Below the pieces are notes generated by a model, which was not told where the DNA came from, searched no databases, and saw only the letters and a program-made list of their open reading frames with translations. Position numbers and translations under genes: made by a program. From Eledone cirrhosa (taxonomy: Eukaryota), in the NCBI GenBank assembly GCA_964016885.1, contig CAXHJY010000702.1, positions 62,001-126,000 of the forward strand: a stretch of DNA of 64,000 nt, read 5' to 3'. Positions 40,601-54,991 of this stretch are shown in pieces. The first letter of the stretch is position 1, and every line of letters starts with the position of its first letter.

Positions 40601-42764
40601 TCTGATACAACAAATATCACCAGCTTTCTGCAACAAACCTTACACCATCTTGTTGGCAGAGTAAAGATGTCAATTTCTGTGCAACCAAAGATGCAGAGAT
40701 TGCTCTTTCTCCAGCCACATTTTCCCATTTTCTTTTTTTTTTCTTATGATATTTATAGATGTATTCAATTTATCTTATTATGCAAATCATTCATAATACT
40801 TCAGTAGGTGTTGCACAAAGATAAATACCATATTGTCAATGTCACAGTCATGGTCTACTCCAGTGTAATGAGTTTGACACAGCTAATACCAGCTTAGATA
40901 TTTATATGTCAATGTCTGCGTATGTGGAAATGAAAGAAACTGCTTCAAATATTTACAACTGAGTGAATTCTTAACTCTTTTGTTATGATATTTCTAATGG
41001 AAAACACTACGTGGGTTTTTTCAAATAATTGTGACTGTAATCAACAATATATTGGGATTTAATAATATTCTTATTATTTAGTAATTTAGGGTTTAGTAAT
41101 ATTTTGAATGTGGTTGAGCAAAGTTCCTTATACAAAAGAATTGTTAATTATTAAGTAGGGATTTCACAGAGTCAATAGAATGACATCAAATCCCATTTTT
41201 TAGAGTTAATAAATAAATTACCAGTTCAATATTGTGATCAATTTTTCACTCTCACTCATTCTCTTTATTTTTTCTCTGGAAGAAATTGGTTGCAGCCAAA
41301 AGTTGAGAGAGATGGACTTTATCAGATTTTAAATTTCCAGAGACAGCAACATTACAACTCAATTAGGGGGTTTAGAGTACATGTATGGCTGAAATGCACT
41401 CTTACTATTCATACTTCTGTATTTATTTACAACTTGGTGGACAGAGTCTTATTACGCACTTTTATGTGCACTTTAACATGCCTTGTTAATATACTGTTTT
41501 ACCAAATAGAGATTCTTTAGTTGTGACTATCAACCACTCCAAGTAGTCTAACTGTTTCTTTTATTTAGACTCAAACATTCAGAATTTTGCCTATTATAAT
41601 CACCATTTTTTATTTTAATAGTGTTGAATTAAACTATTAAACTATTGATGCTGACATAATAAAAAACAAACATGAAAATGCCAAAAAAAAAAAAAATAAT
41701 AATAATAGATTGGCGTATATCTGGGTGAAAAACAAAAGTCCATTTATTTTGTAGAGACATAATTCGGTTTTATTTTGGCAGAAAAATTCAATGAAAGAAT
41801 ACATTTCAATTTTCAAACTCTTTATCATGTCCTTTATTATCTTTTTAATTTCTTTGTTTATTCTTATAACACAATTTATCATCCCTTTTACCTTTTACTT
41901 TTTCTTTTATTTCTAAATAAGCATTAGAAATAAATTAAATGGTACTTGACAGCCAATTTATGAGAATGTGTTGTATGCTAAAGACTGCAATTAAGAATAA
42001 AATCTTTTACTTCTGCTTACTATTATTGTTATTATTGACATCATTAGGGTAGTGCATTTAATGTAGATATGTGCAAGCCAGATTAACGCTTTTTTACCAT
42101 CTTTCTAATGAAATATGCAGCCTATTATTTTCAAATTATTCTGAAAATACTCAAAGATTATGAGTGATTGAGTAATATAACTGACTACCCTGTATCGGGG
42201 TTCCACCAAAGGGTCTTTGGAGTAACATTACTTGATAGAGTGTATAGCTTGGAGATCAGTCACATCAGATAGAACTGCTACTTCTCTGAATTAAAAGATC
42301 ACAGCTCCAATATTATGGAAATGTGTTAAGAATGTCCAAGAAAGAACTTTGGCAAGATGGTTGGACAACATCAATGAGCTCAGCTGTGGTGAATCCACCC
42401 AGTTCATTTGGATATGGTTGATTCTGACAGAACCAACTGGAAAGAGTGTTTGTGGACTCTGCCCAATGGCCCTCCCAGGAATAAGTGAGTGAAGAACAAC
42501 TAACTTTTTCATCATTGAGCTAGTTTTGAAGCAGACCTTAAATGAGGTTTTTACATAAAATTATAAAATTATGATGGAAGTATTTTTAGATTAGTACATG
42601 CATTATGAAATATATAACATTATATCATGGAAACAGGTGTGGCTTCAGGTGGTTTGGTATCAAAGTGTTAAGAGATTTATAATATTTAGTTTGTTCTCAT
42701 TGTTCTGAGATATATCCTCAACTGGGTAAACATTGTTTTATCATTTTCTGTATCCTCATCATTC

Positions 42765-43092
42765 ATCATCATTTTCATTTTACGTCCGCTTTTCCCTGCT
42801 TGCAAGGGTGGGACGGGAACTGATTCTGGCTTGATTTCTACAGCTGGATGCCCTTCCTAACACCAACCTCATTTACAGTGAGTGCTGGGTGGTTTTTGCC
42901 GTGGCACCTGCACGACCACTTTACAGTGGAATGATAGGGACCCCAGTCCCTATCATCTCATTTCTACAGCTGAGTAAACTGGAGCAATGTGAAATAAAGT
43001 GTCTTGCTCAAGGAAACAACACATCACCCGGTCTGAGAATTGAACTCATTTTCGATTGCAAGGCCAATGCTCTAACCACTAAGCCATGTGCC
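42765..43092 (-). mobile_element. SINE family B head (tRNA-like, CCTTGAGCAAGACACTT domain) adjoining an RTE-type 3' tail
   Basis: Minus strand reads TGGCTTAGTGG...GAGTTCAATTC...CCTTGAGCAAGACACTTT. The tail resembles 53424-53700. Older head copies lie at about 35050-35200, 51115-51245, 59915-60025 and 62600-62730. Confidence 0.6.
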
Positions 43093-45104
43093 TAATTACA
43101 ATATATTGTTATTTGTGTTATTATTAATTCATTAGATTCTTCATTATGTTGATTATTTTTATAGAAAAATGAATAGGATTTCTTACTAACTGGTATTACC
43201 GTAGTTGGCATAGTAATGATGTTTTCATTGGCTACGATAATAATATTCTTTCAACACCATCAGCTGTTATCATCATCATCATTTTCACTTTCCCTATTGA
43301 CATTGTTTGGACTAAGACCAAGATTACTTTTGAAATAAATGAGATTAAGCTATGCTAAATGTTATGCGTTATTATTTGACGTTCATTCTGTCATTCTGGA
43401 TAAACAGGCCGGACAAAGCCCAATTCTTATCTTGGTTTCATGCACCTTAAACAACTTAGAATACAAGGCCCCTTCTCATGTAGACACCAGTCCTTCACAG
43501 AGTTAATCAGCAACAGGAAATGAAATGTTTTGGTCAAAGACTTGGTTTAGGAGTGTTGTATCAAGTATAAAATGATGATAATGATGTTTGTTTAACCCCC
43601 TCCCCCTACTCTTTCAGCCTTTGTTTCTATATCATGTAAAGCCCTTTTCATTTTTAATAGTTTGGTATTCAAGAAGGAATTAGGTTCATTACAACCTTTA
43701 AGCGGAAGGAAGTAAATTTTTTTTTAATAGAACCAAGTTCACTATTGCTGGATAAATATGGGTAGTGATGGCGCCCCAGAGAGCTGGCATTCTAGATAGA
43801 ATCTTTTGGATAAAGGCAGCAATAATATATTTGGGAAAATACACACTCAAGTTTTTAATTTTCTTTTCTGAAACATAAATGTAAATTTTATTTGAATATG
43901 AAAGTAAAAAATAGTTTTACAAATAACTTTCAACATTTATTGTATGTAGAATAAGGAATGTTAAAAAATGTAACTCCACAATTGAAACTGCACATGTGTA
44001 TACATTTTTGAAAAATACCTCATAATAATAATTTTATGAAAATACTTGTGAATATGATAATATTCATTTCAATTAGATATGTCTATAACTGGTATTGTTT
44101 TTAGTTAATGCATACATTAATTCTTTCAGTTAAGCCAGGGAAAACAAATTCCATTTTGATTGTAATAATTCATATATACAGTTGTATGGTTGCTTCTATA
44201 ATTCATCGATATGCCACAGCTTTTATTTCTCTATAAATTATTATTGGAAAAGTATTACAAATGTTTCAATATAACATTTTTTTTATTTTATTTTATTCTA
44301 TTCCATTTTTAATCTTAATTTTATTTTTATATTTACTTATCTCTGTATATCTTGTTTTTAATTTCTCAACTGTCAGAAGTACTAGATACTTCCCCTAGTC
44401 TGTCATAGCTTATTAGCACTATAAGTGCATTTAAATTGAAAAATAAATAAATAAATAATTTACCTGAAGATATACAAAGTATGAGTTCTTCTGTTTAGTC
44501 TTAGATAATATTTTCTAATAAGGAGCTCTAATTACAATTAAAATTTCATTTAACACAACATAACATTTGTTTATTTGAATTTTAGAGAACAGGTTGGATT
44601 GCCATAAATATTTACACTGCATTAAATAATGAAGTGAACATATAACATCATCATCATTTTAATATCCATGTGGATGAAGGGAGGCGTGTTAGGATGTGTA
44701 GGTCTAAGAAAGAGAGGGAAGGTAGTGCACACAAGGTGTATGCTTCAACCTATGCTCATGGGAATGTGGGTCCTCTGTATTACTGCATAACACTAGAGAT
44801 CTCGATCCTCTGTCATCGACTTCTGGAGGTGTAATTGTATAAGGTCCTATCATCATTGTCACCATTTTACGTCCATTCTTCCATGCTAGCATGAATTAGG
44901 TGGGTTGTCCTGTTGTGAGCAATGCCAGGTCAGATGACCATGTCTTGCTCATACAGAACTGATTTTGGCTTTATTTCTACAGCTGGATGCACTTCCTAAC
45001 ACCAACCCCACCAAATCCATTTGGTGGGGTTGGTGCAGCACCAAATCCAATGTCATAGAATGGGATTTGAGGTGATTTGGCTGATGTCTAATATTTTGAA
45101 TAAC

Positions 45105-45290
45105 AATAATTGTTTCTACGTTTGGCACAAGGCCAGCAATTACCTAGTGCATTACAGGTACTTTATTTTATCGACCCCGTAAGGATGAAAGGCAAAGTTA
45201 ACCTCGGCGTGATTGGAACTCAGAATGGCAAGGACCGTAACTCAATGCGTCAAAGCATGGCGTCCGACCCTCTACCAATACTGCCAATCC
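45105..45290 (-). mobile_element. tRNA-derived SINE, family A
   Basis: Reverse complement matches 32186-32380. Confidence 0.85.
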
Positions 45291-47600
45291 AAATGATATA
45301 TAAACATATTTGAATTAAAAAGCAATAAAATTTGTTTGAAACACATAGAACATAATTAAGATATATATTTCCAAATATACAAAATGAATTACCTCTTAAT
45401 ATTGTTAATTGATATAAAAGAGAAATAATTTTGAGATTGATATGTTTCATTACATAGTTATTACATCTATCATTTTCCCTATTAGATGTATGATCTCTAT
45501 TAACTTAATTAGTTTACTGTAATAAGTATTATTGATATTTCTATTATAAGCATTAATAATTACCAATATTAATAATATTAATAATTATTAATATTATTAA
45601 TATACTTTATCTTCTTGATAAAGAATACTAAGTAAGTATCGAGGAAAGGTTATACCAATGACTTATACACACACATGGATGGGGAGTTTACTTAACCATG
45701 TGGTTTCTGGTTCACTCCAACGTTATGGCAACTTATGAAATTGAAACTTTTTATTGTTACATTGTTGTTTCATTCGGAATTCAATATTATTTTATTATCA
45801 TGCTTTCTATATCAGTTCATGAATTCAATTGGAATAAATAGCTTTTAACTGGAATGAATAGCTTCCTAACAAAGGTATGATCTATTCTTCATATTTGTGA
45901 AAACAACTTTTCCAGTGGAATTAGTTTAATAACCAATCAGGAAGATTCAGTTCTCCACATTTTGCTGCCATCATCTCTAGTTTCGGATTTGGATTAAAAT
46001 AACTTAATCTAGCTTTCTGCACTCTTAGTTCAAATACCACTGAGATAAACTTTACCTTTCATTTCTCAGAGTTGATGAATAAAAATAGTGAAATTCTTAG
46101 AAAATTCTTAGAAAACCCACCAGACAGTCCTGAGCAAGACAACTAATCTTGCCTCAAGTGGGACAATTCCTGTCCAGACCCATGCTAGTGTGAAAGATGG
46201 ACGTTAAACAATGATGATGATCATCATCATCTGATGTGATGCTTAGTGGTGTCTCATTTGGTCCTTTGCATTCTGAATTGCCTGCGACACAATCTTTATT
46301 CTCTCCCTTGGAGAGTGGAGGTGGGAGACTTATATGCATGAGTGACATTTTACCTTTCACAAAACTACTTACCTAGGTTTGCATCTTGAGTGGGGGCATT
46401 CCAGCTGAAAACCTATTGTTAGCCATATTTGAGAGGGCATTTTTTTAGTTATACGTATTATGATAATTTCTAATATGCTCGAGTCTCTCTCATTCATAAC
46501 CTTTTTAATACCAATCCACCATTTATTTTAAAAGGCTTATATTTATCTACAAGCCTTTTACTGTAATATTTATGTAAGAATCTCTGTGTAATAATGACAA
46601 AGGTACATTACTAAATCCCTCCAAATTCTTGAATATTTTTCAATATAAAGTTGCAAGTAATGTCTATCATTGCAAATGTTAATTATTGTGAGACATCAAT
46701 CTTTATCTTTTTAAAATAAATCATAGAAACGAATAAGATATGAATTCATAAAAATGAAACTAAAATCCCAAGAAACAGAATCTGCTCTGTATATGACTTT
46801 AACCTTAAAAGCATAGAAAGAATTAAATATATATATTCATAAGCGACAAAGTGTAAAATAAAATTGATTTCATTCTAGTATAACGTTAATTTGATATCCT
46901 AAAATTTCCAGCTAAATCATATAATAAATAACTAAGAACTGTTGTTAGTAATTGTGTCATTCATTGAAAATATGACAGCAAATGGGTTAAGATGAATGTT
47001 CTTGGTGATTGTTGATAGTAATTCTGATACTGTCTTTTCTGTTTAGACTTTCAATACAGCCAAAATAAAACCTCGACTTAGAAGTTTTCAATCGATCTAT
47101 ATCTTCTGTCCTAGCGTCTTTCATAAAAATGAATTCAAATTTTTGTTTTAAAAAGAGACATTGCTCAGTGAAAATTATGTTTATCAAAGATTTTTTTTAA
47201 ATATAGAAATAACAATGAACAAACAACAAGTAAAAATAAAATGCAAAATATTTCTTACAATAAGCTTTGCAAATTTCTTTAGCTAAAATCGTTTGTAAAA
47301 TGTATTTTTAAAAAATGTATATCTTGTTGCCATTTGAAGCTTATATATTTCCATTTCACTTCCGCCACCATCTCTGTTTTGTTCTGAAAAAATAAAAACC
47401 AAAAACAAATGTAATAGCATGATATTGCTGCCGATCTGTGAAATAGAGAAAACAGCTTGGTGGCAAACAGCTGTCAGCATTGATTGAGCTTCTTTTATGA
47501 TTCTTTTCACCTTTTATATTGAGGAAAAAAATGTTTTTTATTCCAAGCCACAAGAAAAAGTGAAAGTGACACAGACACCCACCCATACACAAGTGTGGGT

Positions 47601-47771
<171 letters not shown>

Positions 47772-50700
47772 CATGAGATACACTCTTTCTCTTGCAATTT
47801 AAGTATGACTGACATCTAAAGAAGAATTCCAATAAATTCAAGTCAGAGGAGATATGCCCTTCTCCTCAACATATACTTTTATTATACTGCAGATGCATAT
47901 TTAGCAACATATGCATACATTGTTCATACAAAATGCATTCATACATTAAGATTTTCTTCTAACGTTTTGCAATCCAAATTTACAGTAAGCTACATCAGTA
48001 AACTCACTTATACTCTGTCAGTCACTTGTCTAACCACTTACTCTTTCTTTCTTTTAACTGAATTATTTATATCACTCTTTTATTAAGTTCTGTTTTTGTT
48101 TTCTTTTCTATCTATCATTGATTTTAGGTTTTTTATTTGTTTGTTTTTGTTTTGACATTCTTTCTATATTTCTGTATTTCTTGAAAATATTTCATTTTCA
48201 TTTTTCATTCTTCAGTTTTCTGTTTTGTCTTTCTCCAATCATTGAATTTTAGATTTCAGGGCTTACGAAGTCAATGTTTTCAAAACATGTAAAAAATAAA
48301 GGACTCAATAATTCTATATGCGCTTTTAGCATGGTTTTTACAGTATGATAGCCTTTCTAATGCAAACAAATTCACAGCACATACTAAATGCATTTATAAA
48401 AAAGAGAAATGATAAAACAGAAAAGTGAGGTCCCAGTATTTGAAAATTATGCTTTTTTTTTTTATTATATCCATTATCATTATTAAAAAAAGGTTTTAAT
48501 GAAACTCCAAGAAACCTACAATTTTCAAATAATTTTGAAAATAATGAAGTATATGGAAGGATTTAATAATATAGCTAACATTATCATTGGGTGTTTGAAA
48601 CATAGCATAACCAATGTTCTTACATAGATTTATGAGCAAAGCATCTGAAATAAATATAAACACTATAAAAGTTTTTTTATTATATAATCAAAAGTAGGTT
48701 TCAGACAGTTTGGTATCAAAAGTGTTAAAGTAATTCTAGGAGGAAATATTTCTATGGTGTAGAGCTTAGATAAATAAGCTTTAACTTACCCTTCAAGATA
48801 TCTGTTTGGAAACTCTATAAAGGACAGTTAGCCAAACATATGCCTTAATAGATTTGTGAGTGCTGTTACTTACCAATAATGGCATATGAACTGAAAGAAA
48901 GACCAAGAAACCATCATGTCTTTTATATTAGAAATAATGTGATGCCCTTGGATTTCTGTGTGTGTATCATAAAATATCCAAAATATTTTTCCTGATTGAC
49001 ATATTGTCTTAGTCACTTTATCTGAAATGTAAATGTATAATACATTTAATTTTCCTCTTAAAGGATAGAATTTGCCAGAAGTAATATAATGGTTTAGAAA
49101 ATGATTCTTATTTCTGCAAATGGACAGTGTGGTTAAGAAAAAGGAAAATAAAAATTGCTCGCTATTCTCTTTCTTTCTTCTTTTGTTAATTCCTTTCTTT
49201 CTCATTCTCTCTCTTTCTTTCTCTCTTGTAGACACACATACATACTTGTATGTATGTCTGTGTGTGTGTGTGTACATCAGTACTTGTATGTAAATATTGA
49301 TTCCTTTTAAATGTACACATATATGACACGAATGTGTCAACATTATATATGCTCAAATATGTACATATATTGGTTTCCTAGAATAGTTAGACGTACACAC
49401 ACAAATATTAATAAATTGTATATTAATAGAAATTCTGGTGGGGTACTTACGAATGTATGTATTTATATCAAAACAGCTATCTATGCATTTGTTCTTATGT
49501 ATATAGAAACATATTCTTATAACATAGAGGGTGTAATAATTTCTACACTGATTAGAAGTATGTGGACACACTTTCTTTCATTCTTAATTCTCAAGTAAAA
49601 GAAAGGAAAGGAACTAATCATCAGATCGGTCCAAGGAAATGATGTTTCTATTGGTTATTTCATTGCTGATGCTATTTGCTAGTTGCAAATCTTGCCTGCA
49701 TGAAAATATGCACTTATTCATTTAAAGATTCTTATATATCATCATCATTATCATTTTCTGTCTGCTTTTCCATGCTTGCATGTGTTGGACAAGTATTTTT
49801 CAGCACAGCATCTCTCCATTTGGGATCAACTCTCACCACCTCTATTCACGTCTTCCTTGGCCTACATGAACTGTGACTTCTTCCACTGGGATTTCATGGC
49901 ACTTTTTCACCCAGTAGCTGTTATTGACGTGCATCACATGTCCATACCAGCACATTATTTTCTATTCAACAGGGAGAAATCTTTCATTGTCAATAGAAGT
50001 AGTTATTCCCTAAAGTTTTCCAACCTATCCTTATTCTATCTACTATGCTCTTGGAGCACCCCACTCATCTGCTAACTAGATCATCTAGGTAGCAGAAGCT
50101 ATCAACTAATACTGCAGTCAGTACACACTGTATATGGTAGTGGTGGTACCATTCTGTAAAGTGGCTGGCATTACGAAGTGCATCCAGCCTTAGAAACTAT
50201 ACTAAAAGCAGGAATGAATAAGCAAGACATAATTCTCTATCCGGCCTAGTCTTGGAGTGTGATGACCCATGCCAGCATAGAAAAACGAATGTAAAATGAT
50301 GATGATGACATGTATGTCATAATATTTTAACCACCACAATTCTCTTTTCGGTTATACAATTTCTATTGAGTTAATTCAATTGAATTTGAGTACTACTCTA
50401 ATAATCTAGTTTGAAGAACTCTGGAAATCATAGCAGCTGAACAGAATAATCAAGGAGATTAACCTAATTGGTCATTATAGTAAGCACTAATTAAACTTGA
50501 CACTTCTTGAAGTTAGGTAACTTGATAGCACCTGCTTTTATACAGATACAAATACAATCAGCTTGTAAATTATATTGTACACCTCTATTTTTTATGTTAA
50601 ACTTTAAAATTTATTCTCATGCATTCCCTCAACTCTTTCAATACTGAATTTCTGTTGAAATATACTATCTATATATTTTTGTTTATTATTTTTAAATTAA

Positions 50701-51249
50701 TCAATAACTTGGAGAGATTTAGAAAATTAACTTTGTCATTAATAAAGCTGATGTCCAAAAGAAAACAAAATATTCTTATATACAATTTTGATGGTTAGTG
50801 ATAATTCAAATGTGAACATTTTAAAATAAAATGTTTTATATCAGAACTAGGTATAGTCTTGCATTGGTTGGTTAAAAATAGGTAAATGTTCTTTTATCTT
50901 TATATATATGGATATATATATATATATATAGTAAGACTCTTTTCAGTCTTCACTGATAATGGGTTTGCATATAGAAAGTTCATCTCAAAGACACAAGTGT
51001 TTTTGGGGATGGCCAGAAGTTGTTTATTCATGCAAGTTTCCCCTCTCCACAGCATCAATGTTGTCCAAAAGAAATGCAAAGGCTAATACAGCTTCATACC
51101 AATGCCATAGCTACTTATTTTTTCCAGTTGAATGGACTGGAACAATATGAAATAAAGTTTCTTGCTCAAAGATACTCAATCAAGGAATCAAACTTGTACC
51201 CTATGATCATGAACCCAACACTGTTAAACATATCTTCATGGCATGTATC

Positions 51250-52130
51250 TCTCTATCTAAGGCGGGTAAAATTCCCGAGATCCATGGACGAGTTCTCTCC
51301 AGCGGTCTCTGTCCCTCATTATCGCTGCCATGTCCTGCGTCTCCAACAGACCAGTGTCTGTCCTTAGGGCATCAACATACGTTAACCTTGGTCTTCCTCT
51401 TCTAGTGTGTCTATGTAGGGGCTCCCAAAGGAGCACTGAGTGCAATGTCAACTCTGGATGTCGGTGAGCATGTCCAGCTAACCTCAGTCTCCTGTGTCAC
51501 TTTTGAGCTGACTTTTGGGATGCTCCCATACAGCTCTTTATCATCGTAGTGGACTATTGTATGCGCCTTGTACTGGAGAAACACCAGGACTCTGGCTTTA
51601 CTGTAGCACCGGCTCAGAGCAGGAGAGTTAGGGTGAAAAAGGTATCGGATGCTGAATTTGCCGACGACATAGTTTTGGTGACAAATACAGTGAAGGGGGC
51701 AGAGGATTTGATGCGGGAGGTTGAGACTGTGTCGATGAGTGTGGGGCTGAGAATGAATTAGACTAAAACAAAATATCTGGTAGAGAATGTTGAGAAGCCA
51801 GAGGGGATCACTAATGTAGGCGGGAAGCCGCTAGAATTGGTTGAGGGCTTCCTGTATTTGGGAGCATAGATTGGGAATACGGAAGATGATGTGGTTGAGA
51901 GGAAGAGCAAGGCCTGGGCGGCGTGCCACAGCTTGAGATCGGTGTGGAAGTCGGACCTTCGTAGAGACCTGAAAGTCCGCCTCTTCATTGCTGTAGTGGA
52001 GTCTGTGCTGCTGTATGGGTCTGAGACTTGGACACTGACCAAGAAACTCACTCTGATGGTGGCTGGGTGCTACAGGAGAATGTTGAGGATGGCTCTGAAC
52101 AATAATCAGTATACACTGAGGATGAAAAAT
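51250..52130. mobile_element. RTE-X-like LINE fragment with a 5' inversion
   Basis: Minus strand 51539-51257 reads KELYGSIP...RLRLAGH...LWEP...GRPRLTYVD...RDRDRW. Plus strand 51534-52130 reads LFIIVVDY...EFADDIVL...FLYLG...ESVLLYGSETWTL...RMLRMALN. Confidence 0.85.
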
Positions 52131-53016
52131 TTACACAATGTCCTACACATATACTCACAAAATTACCAATACAATTTTGTTCATTTTTGAACAAATTGGA
52201 ATTATTTACTTTATTTTCTAGATTGTTTATCAGATGAGATCAGTTCTCCTGAGTAGAAAAATAACAAAATATTTCTAATAATATAGCTACAGATATGACT
52301 ATGTGGTTAGAGTTAGTTTGCAGCTATATGAACTTTGAATTCACATTTTTGCAAGTATCTTCTAGCCATGGACTGACCAATGTATTTTGAAGGAATTTAC
52401 TTGATTAAAATTGTAAGAAATCCCATTGTGTATGTGTATCTGTGTGTACGTGTGTATTTGACACTGCATATACTTTCATATCTGCATTATTTAAAAGAAA
52501 TGTTGATATTTGATGCCCTACACTGAATAGGACTCACCCAACCCATACAAGCATGAGAAGAAACATGTGTCATGGCATTGATCTTGATGATAATGCTGAT
52601 GAAATCAATCCCTTTCCAAGATCTTATATCTTTTCATTAAAATGAAGTAAGCCTAAACATGTGTAGAAAGAAAGGCCATGCACAATAGGTCCTGTTTGGT
52701 ACATATGAACACTCAGCTTGTGTAATGTTAATACCATAGAAGGTATAATTCATGAAATTCATGAATGAATCAGCATAGAAGAGTACTACCTTAAGAGGAT
52801 CAACAAATATATTCACAATTTCTATGAAGCAAATATTTTTGAATATGATTTAATAAAAATTTATATATATATGCACACACAAATGTAACAGATTAAATGT
52901 TTGAATTATGTGCTTCTCAATAAATTAGCTCATTAGACAAAATCCAGAGCAATATTAAGTCAAAATTAGAAGATATATGTGTGTATATGTGTATATATAT
53001 ATATACAGTATATATA

Positions 53017-53286
53017 TCCTTTTTCCATTACAATTGTAAGGGGTCTGACGAGCCATAGATTACAACAGAGTCAGGCTAGATCGATACAGATCGAACCTTG
53101 AGCTGATCAGTGGCAAAATGCACGTCACTAACCAATAACTGTAATGAAGGAGTAACCAATCATCCTTGTTTTATTTTATTTTACTAAAATACACTCTGTA
53201 TAGCTCTACACCTCGACACTGAAGTGAACCTAAACATCGGGTGCTCACCCAGGTGAACCTACAGTAACTACAAGTTACACTCCTTG
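53017..53286 (+). mobile_element. PLE-like pLTR fragment with a decayed hammerhead (53041-53130)
   Basis: GGGU-CUGACGA-GCCA...UGGC-AAAA-UGCAC-GUC/ACU, flanked by TA runs. Confidence 0.6.
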
Positions 53287-53423
53287 GATATATACACACA
53301 TATATATATATATAAGAGAGAGAAAGAGAAAGAACCATATATCCAGTGAAGACATTATATTGTATATATTGTTCTTTTCTGTAATATGTATTTAGTATAT
53401 CTACAATATACTGTCGTCTCTGG

Positions 53424-54822
53424 ATCATCATCATCATCATCATCATCACCGTTTTACGTCCGTTCTTCCACGCTACCATGGGTTAGACGGGTTATCCTGT
53501 TGTGGGCAGTGTCTGGTTGGCTGATACTGCTCATACAGCTGGTCCTTGCTCATACAGGAACTGATTTGGCTTGATTTCTACAGCTGGATGCCCTTCCTAA
53601 CACCAACCTCATTTACAGTGAGTGCTGGGTGCTTTTTCGTGGCGCCTACACATCCACTTTACAGTGTGGGCTGGGTGCTTTTTTGCCGTGGCACCTCCAC
53701 GACCACCTTGCGGTGAGGGGTGTGGGGGCATATTGTCTATATGCTTCAGCTTGTACCCATGGGAGGTCGGCTAGTCTGTATTACTGCGTGACGCCAGAAG
53801 TCACAGTCGTGTGTCATTGTCTTTGAGAGGTGTAATTGGGTAAGGTCAGCTTTTATCACCTCATCCCAGGTCATCTTGGGTCTCCCGACTCCGCGTTTTC
53901 CATCAACTTCTAGTGCTCTGCACCTTTTTATGCAGCTGTCATCCTTCATACGCATCACATGTCCATACCAGCACAACCGCCTCTCCTGCACACAGCATTT
54001 GATTCCTCTTATGCTCAGTCTCTCTCTCAATTCATTTATGCTTTGTCGTTCACGTATATTACTGTTACACATCCATCGGAGCATGCAGGCTTCGTTTCTC
54101 TCTAATCTACGTAAGTCTTCCACCTTCAGCGCCCAGGTCTCACTACCATGCAACATCGCTGTTCGGATACACGCATCATGTTTCCTGTCGCTGTATGCTG
54201 CTTGCTGTCTCAGCACAGCTGCTGCATGTGAATCCTACATTCTTAATTAAGCTTCCTGAGATCCCGCTACATCTCTTGTGTACCCATTGTTTGCATTTGG
54301 GGCAGAGAATGGAGTTCCTACCTACACCTTTCCTACATACTGAGCAAGGCCATTTCCCTGAGGGGATCTGGGTTCTGTTTTCTCGTCTACTTACAAGGAC
54401 CTTAGTCTTTGTCATGTTGACTTTGAGACCCTTTCTTTCTAGTCCCTGCTTCCAAGTTTGGAATGTATTCTCTAGTTCTACCATAGATTCAGTTATGAGT
54501 GCGAGGTCATCAGCATACAGGAGTTCCCATGGGCATCCGGTTTTAAACTCCTCCGTTATTGCCTGCAGGACTATGATGAACAGAAGAGGGCTAAGAACAG
54601 AGCCCTGGTGGACCCCAACCTGTACGCTAAATTCCCCGCTATACTCATTGCTAATCCTAACTTTGCTGACTGCTCCCCTATACATAGCTTGTACCGCTTT
54701 CACAAGCCATTCATCTACTCCTAGTTTTCTAAGAGCTCACCAGATTACAGCACGTGGAACTCTGTCAAAGGCTTTCTCAAGGTCGACAAATGCCAAGTAG
54801 AGTGGCTTACTTTTAGCTAGAT
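53424..54822 (-). mobile_element. RTE LINE (second subfamily), 5'-truncated, internal deletion near 54180
   Basis: FVDLEKAFDRVPR, GVHQGSVLSPLLF, LLYADDL, Cys finger, then [16 protein letters not shown]...WYGHVMRM; (GAT)n tail. Confidence 0.93.
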
Positions 54823-54953
54823 ATACAGATCGTTCTCTCTCTCTCTCTATATATATATATATCTTCTACTTTTGACCATATGTATATATATATTTATTAA
54901 AATAACAGATTATCGAGCCCTCTTTGGATTTTAGTCTTCAAATTTATTATTAT

Positions 54954-54991
<38 letters not shown>

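Noticed and set aside
40501-40807. Short overlapping ORFs with a CxxC motif
   Set aside because: No coherent domain or splice support.
46987-47385. Possible minus-strand exons (acceptor at about 47385; DARTEDIDRLKTSKSRFYFGC frame)
   Set aside because: No recognisable protein and no consistent exon chain; indistinguishable from chance without RNA data.
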